Below, piece by piece: positions 50,707-63,287 of a stretch of DNA of 64,000 nt. Made by a program: the position numbers and the translations under genes. The DNA comes from Epiperipatus broadwayi (Eukaryota > Animalia > Onychophora), in assembly GCA_028023455.1 (NCBI GenBank), contig JAQFVV010000005.1, positions 16,244,001-16,308,000 on the forward strand. The letters are read 5' to 3'. The notes under the pieces were generated by a model. It did no database searches. It was given only the letters and a program-made list of their open reading frames with translations, and had not been told where the DNA came from. Position 1 is the stretch's first letter. The number at the start of each line of letters is the position of its first letter.

Positions 50707-50943
50707 AAGATCCTAAGATCTAGGTGCAGTGCTCTCAGATCCAAGGCTCTTCACTGACGAAGGCCACAAGCCAAAAACTAGTCTGGAGATATTGGATGAG
50801 TAGGCACTAGATAGGGATTTTATGAACAAGCCTTCTGGCATCTATTGATTACTCTCTTTGGCACAGGGTAGCACTACTGTATGGAGGGTTTTGCCTTGTT
50901 TAATAACAATTATGTGCTAGTATAAGAGATGGTGACATGTGAT
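50707..50943 (+). mobile_element. HHR family A element (solo orientation)
   Basis: HHR at 50748-50789: TCTTCA CTGACGA AGGC CACAA GCCA AAAA CTAG TC TGGAGA (G12 mutated). The full 3' tail ends ATGGTGACATGTGAT. Confidence 0.8.
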
Positions 50944-53900
50944 AATAAAATATTGTGCTGCATTACATTCATGGCAGAGAAAGGTGTATTGATATATTTT
51001 TTTCATAACTAAACAACTGAATATATTATTTTAACTGGTAAATTTCAAACTGTCAACAAGTTTAAAAATTGCAGTGTAGTTTATAAGTCATCAATAAATA
51101 TAAAAATCATGTTTTTTTAATTGATCTTTGCACTTGTCAATTAAACACAGTTTGTAATAATTCTTTGAATGGAATCAAATTTAAGAAAGAATATTTGTAA
51201 TATAATGTTTTCATTCATGTATAGTATAAATTAAACAATAATAAAAAAAAGTATGAGTTCCCAAACTCTTATGATTTATTTACTGCATTCTAAAATAAAT
51301 AAAGTCATTGAGCTTTAAGGCTTTGAACTTGTACTTTAATAATATGCATAAATGTGGACTTGTGCATAATGTTATTTTAATCACATGTATAAAATTGTGA
51401 ATTCACAGAACTGTAACCACTATATTGCAAAAGTGAGAATGCATGAAATTTTAAATACCAACAAGTTTAGAGCGATAATGAAAACCAAAGTAAAAGATGC
51501 AAATAATCTTTTGCATTGTATGCTTCATTTTACTAATTCAGAAAAAGTGTTCAAAACACGTTAATAACCAAAAAATCCACAATTACTTACTGTTAAGTGA
51601 TCAATTTTGTATGGTAAACAGCATCTCCAGTTCCACCTGTCATAGAGTAATTCATTGCAACACCTAAACTTTCTGAAAGAAATGTAAAAACATTTATTGA
51701 ATTTCCCTCTGCAAGATAAATCCATCTCTTTATCAGTCATTAATCCATCCCTTTATCAGTCATCATAGAAAAATTGTAATGGAGAAAAAAATTTAATTAG
51801 ATTTTCCAAATACCAGACGGTGAAGATTTGTTTAGTTTTCCATTCTTGTTTTAGCTTTAGCTAACAATGTCTCAGTTTTCATTTACTGACTAATATTGGA
51901 TAATTAGCTAAGGTGGCTATTGCTTACCTACTTAAATGAAAAATCCTTAGGCAAAAAAATCAGGTTTACATAATCTAAATTTAAATCATGTTGTGGGTAT
52001 GGCAGATGGATGCAGTAATGTTGCACTATTAGAAGAAACTAAATGCATTTGAAGCCTTGGACATCAAACATGTGCCTAGTTTAATGCAACAAATTCAAGA
52101 GCAAGATTCTGGTAGTATGATAATCATACTCAGATATTTAGAAAATAATTCTGTATTTGGATATCCAGGAGAAACTAACAAAGATTATATTCTGCCAAAT
52201 TATCCAATTCCAATTAGACTGTGTAACGTCCATTCTTTTATTATGCAACATGATATTAATAAAGCTTACATATTTTGAACTTAATATTACGAACAATGTA
52301 GAATACTATCTTTATAATACAACACTGAAAATTATGGTGAGCACAAGAATAATCTTCACATTTCCCTTTTTATTCACAGTAAACTTCAAGTTTAATTTGT
52401 CTTTATAAATATCTGAATAGCTTACTAAGATCAAGAGTCATGTTTCTCATAATGTTTCAAATCCAGTCCAATATAAACCAGAGTAAATTTCTTTTAGTTC
52501 CTCTGAATAAGAATTCATTTTTGACTTCCTGCTTCAGCTCTCACTTTACAGTCAATTAAATGCCATCATAATTTTTTGCTTTAGTTATCTTTACTCATGA
52601 TTGCTTGTATTAATCTATCAGATCATTTGGCATCTGCCTTGAAAAATTTCCCAGTATTTCTAATCACCATAAATCATTGTGTAAGCAAAATTGTAATGTC
52701 TCTAATTTCTATTATAAACCTATTCACAAAATAAACAAATGCAAATACATCACTAAGATAATTCACAAACAAGATTCCCTAAGAATCATTTTAAATGAAT
52801 GCAATAATAATGCCTACCTTTTGTTTTATCAATTCCATTCTACTTTGTCACATAATTTACTCATATAATCTCTATTATGTGTAATTTTGTTTTGTAAAAC
52901 AAATATCAACAACTGAAGTGTGTATTCTATCAATTTGAAATTAATTTAGCAATATCTAAATTAAGGACATCTTCCAACCAAGTTTATCATATTAGATTTT
53001 TGGAAGCAATATCTCTATCAAATTCAAATTATATTATATGCTTAGATATGTAGGTAAGAAATAAAACATTGTTTTAGTAATAATGTACAGCAGGGCAAAG
53101 ATCTCTTCATCAACCCTTCACATGAAAGAAAAAAAACACTGAAGAGGCTTGACAATTGCTAAGTATTGAATATTTGAACATTTTTCCATAATTTTTTTCA
53201 CTCACTAGATAAAAATACCTAGATATCCCTTTCCGGACTAATCTTGGGTGGTTAACTGGATTAGCTATTGTCCAGTTATCGGAGGGGAAAATTTCTAAAT
53301 GTTTTGAGAAAAGTTTTGCTTGACTTGAATTCAAACCTTACTACATCATACACATGGCAGGAATATGTATTGTCTCTGCACCAAAATGCCTTTTATATAC
53401 AAGAGACATATGACAATACATTATAGAAGATCATAGCTTTTTCATGTTATTTTTTATATATAGATCGTGGTTACTAAAGGAATTTTGCACCATTTATATT
53501 ATACATACAAGTATAATAGATTAATCTTTGTAATATGACCAAATTGCTCCCTTTTTTTAAATTTAATAAATAAATATTAGGAAAAATGTAATTATATTTC
53601 ATGGTCAGTCTAACTCCAAGATATGATATAAAGAGAACTATAACTAGTGACAGTTTTTATTAATTTGTTTCTGGTGCCAGTGTTAAGTGGACTGTATTAA
53701 CTGAATACACTGTCACAAGGTTAATTAATAATGATTGAATTTTCCCTTCTTTCTAATTACAGTATTACTTTGTTATCGGATTTCAATTTATGGGGATTTG
53801 GTAAATTAATTATGTATATTAGCATTCATACATGGAGAAATCTAAATAATGACACACTATAAATATAAACCACCCTACTAAATATTATTAAACATTAACA

Positions 53901-55611
53901 TATAGATACAACATTATGTAGAATAATTATATATTGCATTCTTAATTACAAATTCAATTAGGTATTCTATTAGCAATAAAGTTTAGTTCATCTGACTTTT
54001 TAGTTCATTAAGGGTTTATATTACTAGTTCACATAAACATTAAGGTTAGATATAGAGCTCTCATTAATCTTACCTATTATTTCTTTGAAAGGGTTTAATG
54101 ACTGTTATAATAGATGCTTACCACAGCCATGAGTTTCTTATTTCTATAAACTATGAGATATGTTATGTCCAGCTGAAGTGTTGTTTTTGTTGTTAGCTTG
54201 CTAGGATCCTAGTATTATGTAGGCATAGCATTTTTGAATCAAGACAGTTCTCTCTCAGCTTTAGGCTTGGAAGAAGGCATTGATGACTATATCTGCTTAG
54301 CAGTGCATCTGGTTTGAATTATCCCCACAGGTAAAAACAAACATGTGGCAAAACATTTTTATACACCTTTTGGGATCTTTCTCTGCAACACACCACTCAC
54401 TGAAAAATACACTCTAATTTGCAGAATTAATTAATGAAGCAAAGAAGGAATGAATCAAAGTTTTCAAGGTTATCTTTTTTACCATTGGTCTGATTCATTG
54501 TGCAAATACCACTTTTCTTCATCTCTTCAGGAATTTAATTTCTCAGCAAAGTTATTTTTATTATAATAATTTACAATATTAATCATAATTTACATGCAAT
54601 ACATGGTTTTATATTATCTTTAATATAGCATTCATTTTTGGTTTGTGAACTAACATAATTTCATCAATCAGAATGAATGAACATTTTACAAAATTTAAAC
54701 AATGTTTAATTATAGATAATCTCTAATTTTTTTCTGTTTTTCATTCATTAAGTTCATATTGGTAATCAACATTCCGAAAGGCCATATTTAACTAGGGGGA
54801 GAACAAATATCACACCTCCCTTCCTTTTTAATTACAATTAATTAAATTTTTTTCTTTAAAAAAAAATGTACATGCTTTGATTATTAGGATAGTTTATAAT
54901 AAAAATAATAAATCTTGTTTATTGAATTTTAAAAAAATCTACATTTTTTTATATATTATTATACTTTATGAAATATACTTTTCTCTCAGCAATCTTCTTT
55001 CATGGTAGAATGCCAAACACCAAAAATAACGGTACAATATATATATATACAACATTAAATTTTTTGAGTCTCCCATATGTATCGTTTCTCGCTATTATAA
55101 CATTAATATTTCAACTAGATTTTACCTTCATTATATGGGTAAATATGGATATATGAGTAGATACTCCCTTGAATAGGATATATGTATATAAATAGTGAAC
55201 CCAAATCTTTACCAAATTGCCTATCTCAAAATATCAACTGTTTAATTAAGTACAAATAAAATTACTATTTAAGTATACTACAAACTTAATAAAATTGAAA
55301 AGTGTGACCATTGACATTGATATTATCAAAGCAGAATTTCAAACCAAAATCTCTTTCACTGCACTCCAATACATATATTCAGTTTGCTTTGCATATGTAT
55401 ATATATGACAATCATTTTCAATCTTTATCAATCTATTTTCTAATATAAAGCTAGGGATCAGCAAAAATGGATAAATCTCAAACCGCCATTTTTATCCATA
55501 GTTTCTTATCTAACTCCAACAAACTTCCTTATCCATCCATCTCTTGGAATCCAGTTTAAGGCTTTGGTTATGTTTATTTATCATCTTTTCTAGCAACATT
55601 CCACTCCATTT

Positions 55612-56147
55612 GTAGCCATAATGGACTTGAACAAAGACTTTCAAGCTCTCTTCAGCTATCTGCTTTATCTCATACAACTAATTCACATGACCACACACCT
55701 ATAAAAAGATAAATAATCTCCAATATATGTATTTCATGCTGAACTAGTATTCATCAATTGGTCCAGATCATCATCTCCCACTCATATATAATAATCAGTG
55801 TTTGGTTTATATTAAGAGCAAATCTTCAAGCTTTAATGGACAGGCTTCAATCTACTCAACTCTCCAACTCTTCATCCATCCATACTATTGAAAATCTGTT
55901 GATGGATTGCCCAAATCCTTGTTGATGCCAATATTATTGTCATGCCCATGTTGACATTCAAGTCATTCTGACTCCATCATGAAATAGGTATATTGGAGAT
56001 CATTTATCTTTTATGTGTGTGTGGTCATGTGTATTATTGTATGAGATAAAGCAAATAACTGCAGGGAGCTTGAACGTCTGTGTTCAAGTCCCTTATGGTT
56101 ACATCTAAACTTCCAAGTATATAAATCATACTTGTATTCAATCAAAT
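55612..56147. mobile_element. HHR family B foldback; 14-bp imperfect TSD
   Basis: Arms ~55611-55737 and ~55978-56102. The minus HHR at 55714-55770 has core TTGATGA. TSD ATTCCACTCCATTT (55598-55611) vs ATTCCATTCCGTTT (56148-56161), 12/14. Confidence 0.8.
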
Positions 56148-56580
56148 ATTCCATTCCGTTTGAAATTTTTAATTATTTCCATAAAATCATTGATACCTAT
56201 TTGCTCTTTCTTCCATGTACTTTTGTTTTTGATTCTTTCTTATTAAACTTACAACATATTTCTACTTTCATGCGCTCTGTCATAACATATCTAATAAAGT
56301 ATCAATAGCAAAAAAAAAAACATCAAATCAAATTGAAATTACTATAAATTCAACCTGTTAAATTTAATATAATTTTAAATGTAAACAAATTTAGTTTTAC
56401 AGCTATTAGCAATAAAAGATATTGTCAAGTATAAGACTTCATTGTGAATCAGATCATTTATATAAGCATAGCATTGAAGCCTATCCTGATATAATTTTTT
56501 TGCCATAATTATAATGTATTGTAGTTAAAGATTTCTATTATTTTTCTTCTCTTTCTCTGAATCAAACACATACTCTATAA

Positions 56581-59420
56581 TCATCATCATCATCATCATT
56601 TTCAACCACTATTGTCAATTATAGGATAAAAGTGTCTCCATGTTTAATCCATCTTCTCTGATTTCTAACCTCTCTTCATATCACTCCAGCATATTTCCTC
56701 ATTTCATTCATCAATCTCATGTGTGGTCTTTTTCTAGATCTTTTACAATCTCTTGGAATACAGTTTAAGATTTCAACAGTCCATCAATTATCATTTCTTC
56801 TAGCAATATGTCCAGCCCAACCCCACTTCAGGTCTCTTAATTCTTTCAATGATGTTAATAACACGTATTTGTTCTCTCATCCACATATTTCATGTTCAAT
56901 CTCTTCTTGTTATTATTAACATGCATCTCTCCATACTTTGTTTAGTGGTCGGAAGTCTCTGTATTGCTCTTTTGTTAAGTGTCCAAGTCTCAGATCCATA
57001 AGCAAGAATATACATTTATTAAAAACCTTCCTTTTCAAATACATAGGCATATTTCCTTTTAATATTAAGTTATTTCTACCAAAAGCACTCCAACCAAGTT
57101 TAATTCTATTATTAATTTCATCCATTATGTTTCCATGTGTAGTAATGTAGTAATAATTTGTCCAAGGTATTTGTAATTGTTAACTTCTTCTAAATCATCA
57201 TTATCAATCTTTATTTTCATCTTTTCAGAAAATGCATTGAACATTACTTTAGTCTTTTTAACATTTACTTTTAATCTTATTTTCTTACTTTCATCTGGTA
57301 ACTCTTGCAACATTTCTTAAGCTCTAACACATTATTTGCAAATCATCTTATTTTTACTGCCTTGGCTTCTCATTTTAATCCACAACATACTTCTTGCAAA
57401 AAGTTTTGAAGATATGGAGTCATCCTGTCATAAAACCATCTTAATGTTAATCTTCCTAATATTATTATATAATCTAATTGTTGCAGTTGCATTTTTATAA
57501 ACATTCTTCAGAATATGACAATATCCTGGATCTATACTTTGATGATCTAATGCTTTAATCACTGAAGAAATGCTTATAGAATCAAATGCCTTTCCATAAT
57601 CTACAAATCCAAAGCATAATGGCAACTCATATTTATTGGTCCTTTCTACAATTTCTCTCAATACGTGGATATGACCCACTGTAATAAAACCACTTTCAAA
57701 TCCAGCTTGTTCTTTTGATTGGTTAAAATTCAAAGTTCTTGTAGATGACTTTGGCAAAAATTTTGTATAGAATTGATAAAAGCCTGATAGGTCTGTAATT
57801 TCTAATATCTTCTTTATCATCTCTTTTAAATATTAATATTAATACTGCATTCTTCCAATCATCTGGTATATCTTTATCACTTAGACATTTGGCATATAAC
57901 TTTGCCAAAAAAATTTCTATTTCCTTGCTGATTCTTTTAAAATATCTATTATAATTCCATCAATATCTGGAATTTTCCCCTTCCTTATAAATTTAATTGC
58001 ATGTCTCATTTCTTCATTTAAAATTCTGGACAATCCAGAATTGTAGGGGGCACATTTCCTTTATTGCCATATAATTCTTGATAGAATTCTTCTACACATT
58101 TAACGATGTCATCACTCTTCATCTTTTTTTCTTGTTGTAGAAATGTTTCCTACTAATATCAAGATGTTGTTTTACATTCTTGAGAGTTTTATTCTCTTCT
58201 ATAGCTTTTCTTGCTAGTTCACAATTATACTTTCATATATCATTATCAACTCTTTTTTGCACCACTTTACAAATTTGAGATATTCAATCCTTCTTAATGC
58301 ATCATTTTTATACATTTTCATATTCCTTCTTTTCTTCATAAATTGCTTTGTCTCAAAAAAATTTTTACTAGTCAATTGCTGGTTTTTTGTACCAGCTATC
58401 TTTGTTGTAGTTTTTAAAAGTGTATCATTATCTTTCTATTGATTTCATTCAAATCTAAATCATGTTCAAAATCTGTTAATATTTGAAAACTATTTGCAAG
58501 TTCTAATTTAAATTCATTAGAATGTTTCTGAAGATTAGAAATATCAACTGTGAATATTGTTTTTTTAAATAATTTTTTTCTCTGTAGTTTTACATTAACA
58601 TGTATCTTTCATCTTACCAATGGATGATCACTTCCTGTGTTGAATTTATTAATAACATTACAATCTTGAAATACATATTTTCTCTTAGTCAAAATATAAT
58701 CCAATTCTGCTGTATCTTCATTTGAATGTTTCCATGTCCATTTCCATTTAACATTTTTCTCAAAAAAAGAATTCATAATATAAAGTTTTTCTTTTTCCAC
58801 AAACTCAACAAGTCTATGTCTTCTCTCATTTCTATCACCATAACCAAATTTACCTACAGCACTTTCATTTGTTTACTAATTCTAGCATTGAAGTCATCCA
58901 AGACAATTTTAAAATGTTGTTTGGTCTGATCAAAAGCTTTTTGTATATTCGTATAAAAATCCTCTATTTCTTCATCACAATGAGACCTTGTTAGTGCATA
59001 AATCAGAATTACCTGCTTTTGATATCTACTATTAAGTTGAATAACTAATCTTGCCACTCTGTCCAATACATAATCAATCTCCATAATATTGTTTATCCAC
59101 ATTTTTATTTATTTATAATGAATCCTACTCCACATGTATTTACAATGTTTGTTCCTTTGTAGTATAGTACCTGTCCATATTTTAAATCAATTGTCTCTTC
59201 ATCTTTTATTCTAAGTACACAAACTCAATAATGTCCCATTTAATATGAGACAGTTTCCAATTTTTGCAATCTTCCTTCACTTGGAAAGTGATCTGCAGTT
59301 GTAAATACCTAAATAAAAGATCATCAAATAGCATCCTGGGTTCACAATCAGGCCACCACCTTTCATCACTAACTGCTGCCTTAATAAGGGACATGATTTA
59401 TTTTTGTCTGTCATGATTGT
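56581..59420 (-). mobile_element. Near full-length decayed RTE-clade LINE (APE endonuclease + RT)
   Basis: ORF pieces include EEIEDFY, ELDYILT..FNTGSDHPLVR, WKNAVLILIFKRDDKEDIRNYRPIRLLS, EQAGF..FVDYGKAFDSIS, YKYLGQII and EINNRIKLGWSAFG. It has a (TGA)n 3' tail at 56581-56599 and many frameshifts. Confidence 0.92.
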
Positions 59421-59500
59421 AAATATCTATTAGAAGAGAGAGAAAAATCATTTACACACACATTCATTCCACCTTCAAGAAAGCTCAATTGATATTTCAG

Positions 59501-59610
59501 TTAAGAGCTATCAGGCAAATGAGAATAAAGACCAGGGTCTTAAGAGCTAACTGAGAAGAAACACCAGGATCTTAAGAACTATCAGGCAACTGAGAAGAAA
59601 AACCAGGGTA
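59501..59610. repeat. Short imperfect tandem repeat (~32-40 bp units x3)
   Basis: ttaagagcta(tcaggca)a.tgagaa.aaa.accaggg.c is repeated three times immediately 5' of the RTE element. Confidence 0.75.
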
Positions 59611-60620
59611 TTTGTTGATCTTAAACTCAGAGGTAAAAAGTCAATAAACGCACTATACTGGCTAATGCATGTTGGTGAATAGCCCATCCATATTTATATA
59701 CTATATGAATAATCACATAGTAATAATAGCTGAAATGACAAGAATGTACGGAGTGGAAATTAGGAATTTGCTCAGGAAGTAAAATAATGGTTTAAACACA
59801 GACTTCATTTTATCCAATTGATCAAACAGATTTTTTTTTTCCATTAACATATTGTGCTATCTCTGATCTATAAATTTTAATAGGTTTGATCATTTCTTTT
59901 CTAAAAAACTTAAATGTGACATAGTAACATGATTAGTAGTTTTTCAGAAGATTGTTTGATGTTCAAATACCAAGTGGAAGTTGAGCACAATTTTTCCATG
60001 CAATTGATCAAACTAAATTATTTTTTTTACTCTATTCAAAATTAGAATTGACCCAAAAATTCTTAGCCTTGAACTCATCCTAACTTATCTAAACAAATAA
60101 TGGACTAGTTCTTACTGTAATATTGTCAATGATCAGTTTCAAATTGCATTCAGACTGAGCAATGAACTAGCAATAAAAGTAAATAAGCAGTTAATGTCAT
60201 AAAGAGACAATTGGAAAGTTAGGTCAGGGAATCCAATTGTTACCAGTATGGATAAGGATTTTGCTTTATACAGAAGTCTATTTGAGAGGAAAAGGAGACA
60301 ACTTTCAGATGTTAGATAACATCAGACTACTGTCAGGTGTTGAAAGGCGATATGTGCATTTTCTACAATACTGTAGAACACAATGAGGTATATTCAAGCC
60401 TGGAACAGGAAGTTGTTAGCATTTTTTCCTGAACATTAACTGAATCACTAACAACTAGATTTGTGCAGTTTACTAACTATAACTGAGGCAAGCCATTATG
60501 TCCAATACATAATTCTATAAATGAAATACTAAATATACATATGATTAATATCTTTATATTTATTTGCTGTATGTTATTATTCAATGATTAAGAATATTTT
60601 TCCAGTCATTCTACAGTATA

Positions 60621-60915
60621 AACACAGCAACCATTGCCATCTCACTCAATTACCCAACACAGCAACCATTGACATCTCACTGCCATCTCACTCAATTACC
60701 CAACACAGCAACTATTGCCATCTCACTCAATTACCGAGCATAGCAACCATTGCCATCTCACTCAATTACCCAACACAGCAACCATTGCCATCTCACTCAA
60801 TTACCCAGCATAGCAACCATTGCCATCTCATTCAATTACCCAACATAGCGACCATTGCCATCTCACTCAATTACCCAACACAGCAACCATTGCCATCTCA
60901 CTCAATTATCCAGGC
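60621..60915. repeat. 35-bp minisatellite, ~8 copies
   Basis: Unit CAGCAACCATTGCCATCTCACTCAATTACCCAACA, head-to-tail without spacers. Confidence 0.95.
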
Positions 60916-61559
60916 ATAAATTTGAATGATCTATGAAGCTTTCATGTTTGTTTATAGCAGTCTATGAAAGATGAATCATAAAATGTTGTGTGGTAAAATT
61001 AAACTTAACCATCTCCTGTTAAAGATATTAATTAAGTGATAGTTGTTTTATTAAGAAATTGCCTTTTGATTTTGTCTCATATGTACTTTCAAAAGTCCAA
61101 AACATCAGCACCTAATAGATATTCATAGGACATGAATATTGAAAATATTTTTATGAGTTATACAAAACATTAAAGAGTAAGTTTTATATATTAAAAAATT
61201 CAATTTATTTTAAATACTATTATATTTTTTAAAAAAAATCCATTATTTTCATAAACCCCAGAAGGCATTAACGATTTTACCTTCTTAGTTTTCTTTGTTT
61301 AAGTTTCCCTCATATTTAAACAATTGTTTCAAATTAGAATGTGTGATTTATGACTTTTCTTTATAAAGTAATAAATCTTGTTTAAAAAGATAATTCCTAC
61401 AATATTTAAAAGAATTTTACTCAAAAGGAAAAATGCTTTCACATAAATAAAATATTTTTGCCAATAAGCACTTGCGACAGCCAGACGTATGAAATACCTT
61501 ACATCGGCCGATAGAATTAATCAATAAAATTACACAGACAGACGTAATAAAAAAATTAG

Positions 61560-61848
61560 ACAGATATGAAAAGACTAACATAGATAAATGCCATAGAAAA
61601 ACTATTCAGAGATATGATAAAGAAAACTTAGATGGATTAGTTATATATATAGACAAATCTTAAACCGGATTCCGAGAGATTGTAAAAGACCCAGAAAGAG
61701 ACCACATGTGAGATGGATGGATGAAATAAGAAAGTATGCAGGGGTGATGTGGAGAAGAGAAGCTAAAGATCGGAGAAGATGGATTAAACTTGGAGAGACC
61801 TTCATCCTGTAGTGGATTGATAATGGTTGATGATAATGATGATGATAG
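61560..61848 (+). mobile_element. RTE LINE 3' fragment
   Basis: Reads WIPRDCKRPRKRPHVRWMDEIRKYAGVMWRREAKDRRRWIKLGETF, then a (TGA)n tail. Confidence 0.85.
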
Positions 61849-62159
61849 ACAAATATTTACATATTAGACCTGTTGCTTGTGTTTGCGATGGCATTCTCTG
61901 CCATACCATTCTCCAGTGGGGAGAGGAGGTAAGGTATTCATCGCAAACATGGGCAGCAAGTCTAATACATAAGCACTCAAATGTCTATTCAAACAAAGAT
62001 TATGTTGGAAATATAATAAATAATAATCAATTGGTTTCATTACTCCAGAGTAATAAGAAGTTTGGGTGTGAGAAGTATCAGAATTGGAATCAATTCAAGG
62101 TCATTAAATTCCAATACTCTATCATTATACTAAACCATGCAGATTATGTTAAAATTAAT

Positions 62160-62466
62160 AAGATGAGATTACAATAAAAATATTTGGGTGAAAGAATAAA
62201 TAGGTATCATTGACATTATTAAAAAAAATTAAAAGATTGACATGGAACAGTACTGAACATATTGTTAGAAGAATGGACCTAAAAAGTTAAACTGAATCCC
62301 ATGAAATTATAAAAGAACTAGAAAGAGACACCTAGGTAAAGTTAAATAAAGAAATTTGTTAATGTAATGTTGATAAGAAAAGCTATGAATTGGAAAAACT
62401 GAATTAAACTAAGAGAGTTTTTGTCCTGCAATGGATAATAGTGTCTAAAATAATGATGATGATGAC
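62160..62466 (+). mobile_element. Older RTE LINE 3' fragment
   Basis: Reads ..IIDIIKKIKRLTWNSTEHIVRR.. (like DIxxxxKxLKWxWAGH) and ends in TGATGATGATGA. Confidence 0.55.
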
Positions 62467-62839
62467 AACTTGTTAAAAATGTCAACATTTAGCAAATAAT
62501 ACCAGATCCAGTTTATATAACTTTCTTATGGTGTTAAGATGAAAGGATTATAAACAAATCAGTAATGGTGATCAAACAAACAAAAATCACATAAATTTCT
62601 ACCCTTACTTTTAATTAACTTATGCTTTCAGAGCAGTTCTCCACATCCTATTCCAGAACCATTCACTGTAAATATGAGTAATTATTGAACATAAAATCAT
62701 TATAAAATCAAAGTCATTATAATATGTTTTTTGAACTGATTTTAGATCTATAAAAGAAAATTGATTTGGGTGCAATTTTTTTTTAACTTCAAACTGTTAG
62801 CTTTATAATCAATCAATAGTATTCTGTACCATGGACAGG

Positions 62840-63080
62840 TCCAGTAACTAGTCACATTATGAATTCATCCATTTTTCCATTTTTTCATTGGCCAAACTCT
62901 TCAATTCCACATATCTCTTCCCATCCCTCATCCAACAATGTCAATCTTTTCCATCCTTTTTTCTTGCTTCCACTCACTATTCCCTCCTAAACATCTTTCA
63001 ATAAGCTATGCCTTCTTCTTAATATATACCTAATCCAGTTTTTTTTTCTAATTTCCTCAATCAATCTTCGTTTTTCATTT
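62840..63080 (-). mobile_element. RTE-like LINE 3' fragment
   Basis: rc reads ..EEIRKK..WIRYILRRRHSLLKDV*EGIVSGSKKKG.., typical of an RTE ORF end. Confidence 0.55.
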
Positions 63081-63287
63081 ACTCTTTTCAAAAGCTTTAT
63101 AACATAAAAGAGTAAAAGTTGATCAATAAGTGCTTTAATTTTCACTTTAAATCCTATGTTCTCACTGATAAAAGAAAAGCTAGCAAGTTCTGGATTAGGG
63201 TAGAAAAAACTGTTCTGAGAAACATATGTTAAAATTAAGTTGAGAAAGCCATGTGATGTTTAATTGGCTTCAAATATCCTAGCCAAG

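Noticed and set aside
52057-53334. ORFs 52057-52278, 52157-52408, 52677-52868 and 53110-53334
   Set aside because: Short, with no domain motifs and no splice-consistent link to the gene; compatible with random ORFs in AT-rich DNA, like most entries in the ORF track.
60584-60919. 111-aa repetitive ORF, and a possible CRISPR-like array
   Set aside because: It is a read-through of a 35-bp head-to-tail minisatellite with no spacers, in a eukaryotic context with no cas genes.
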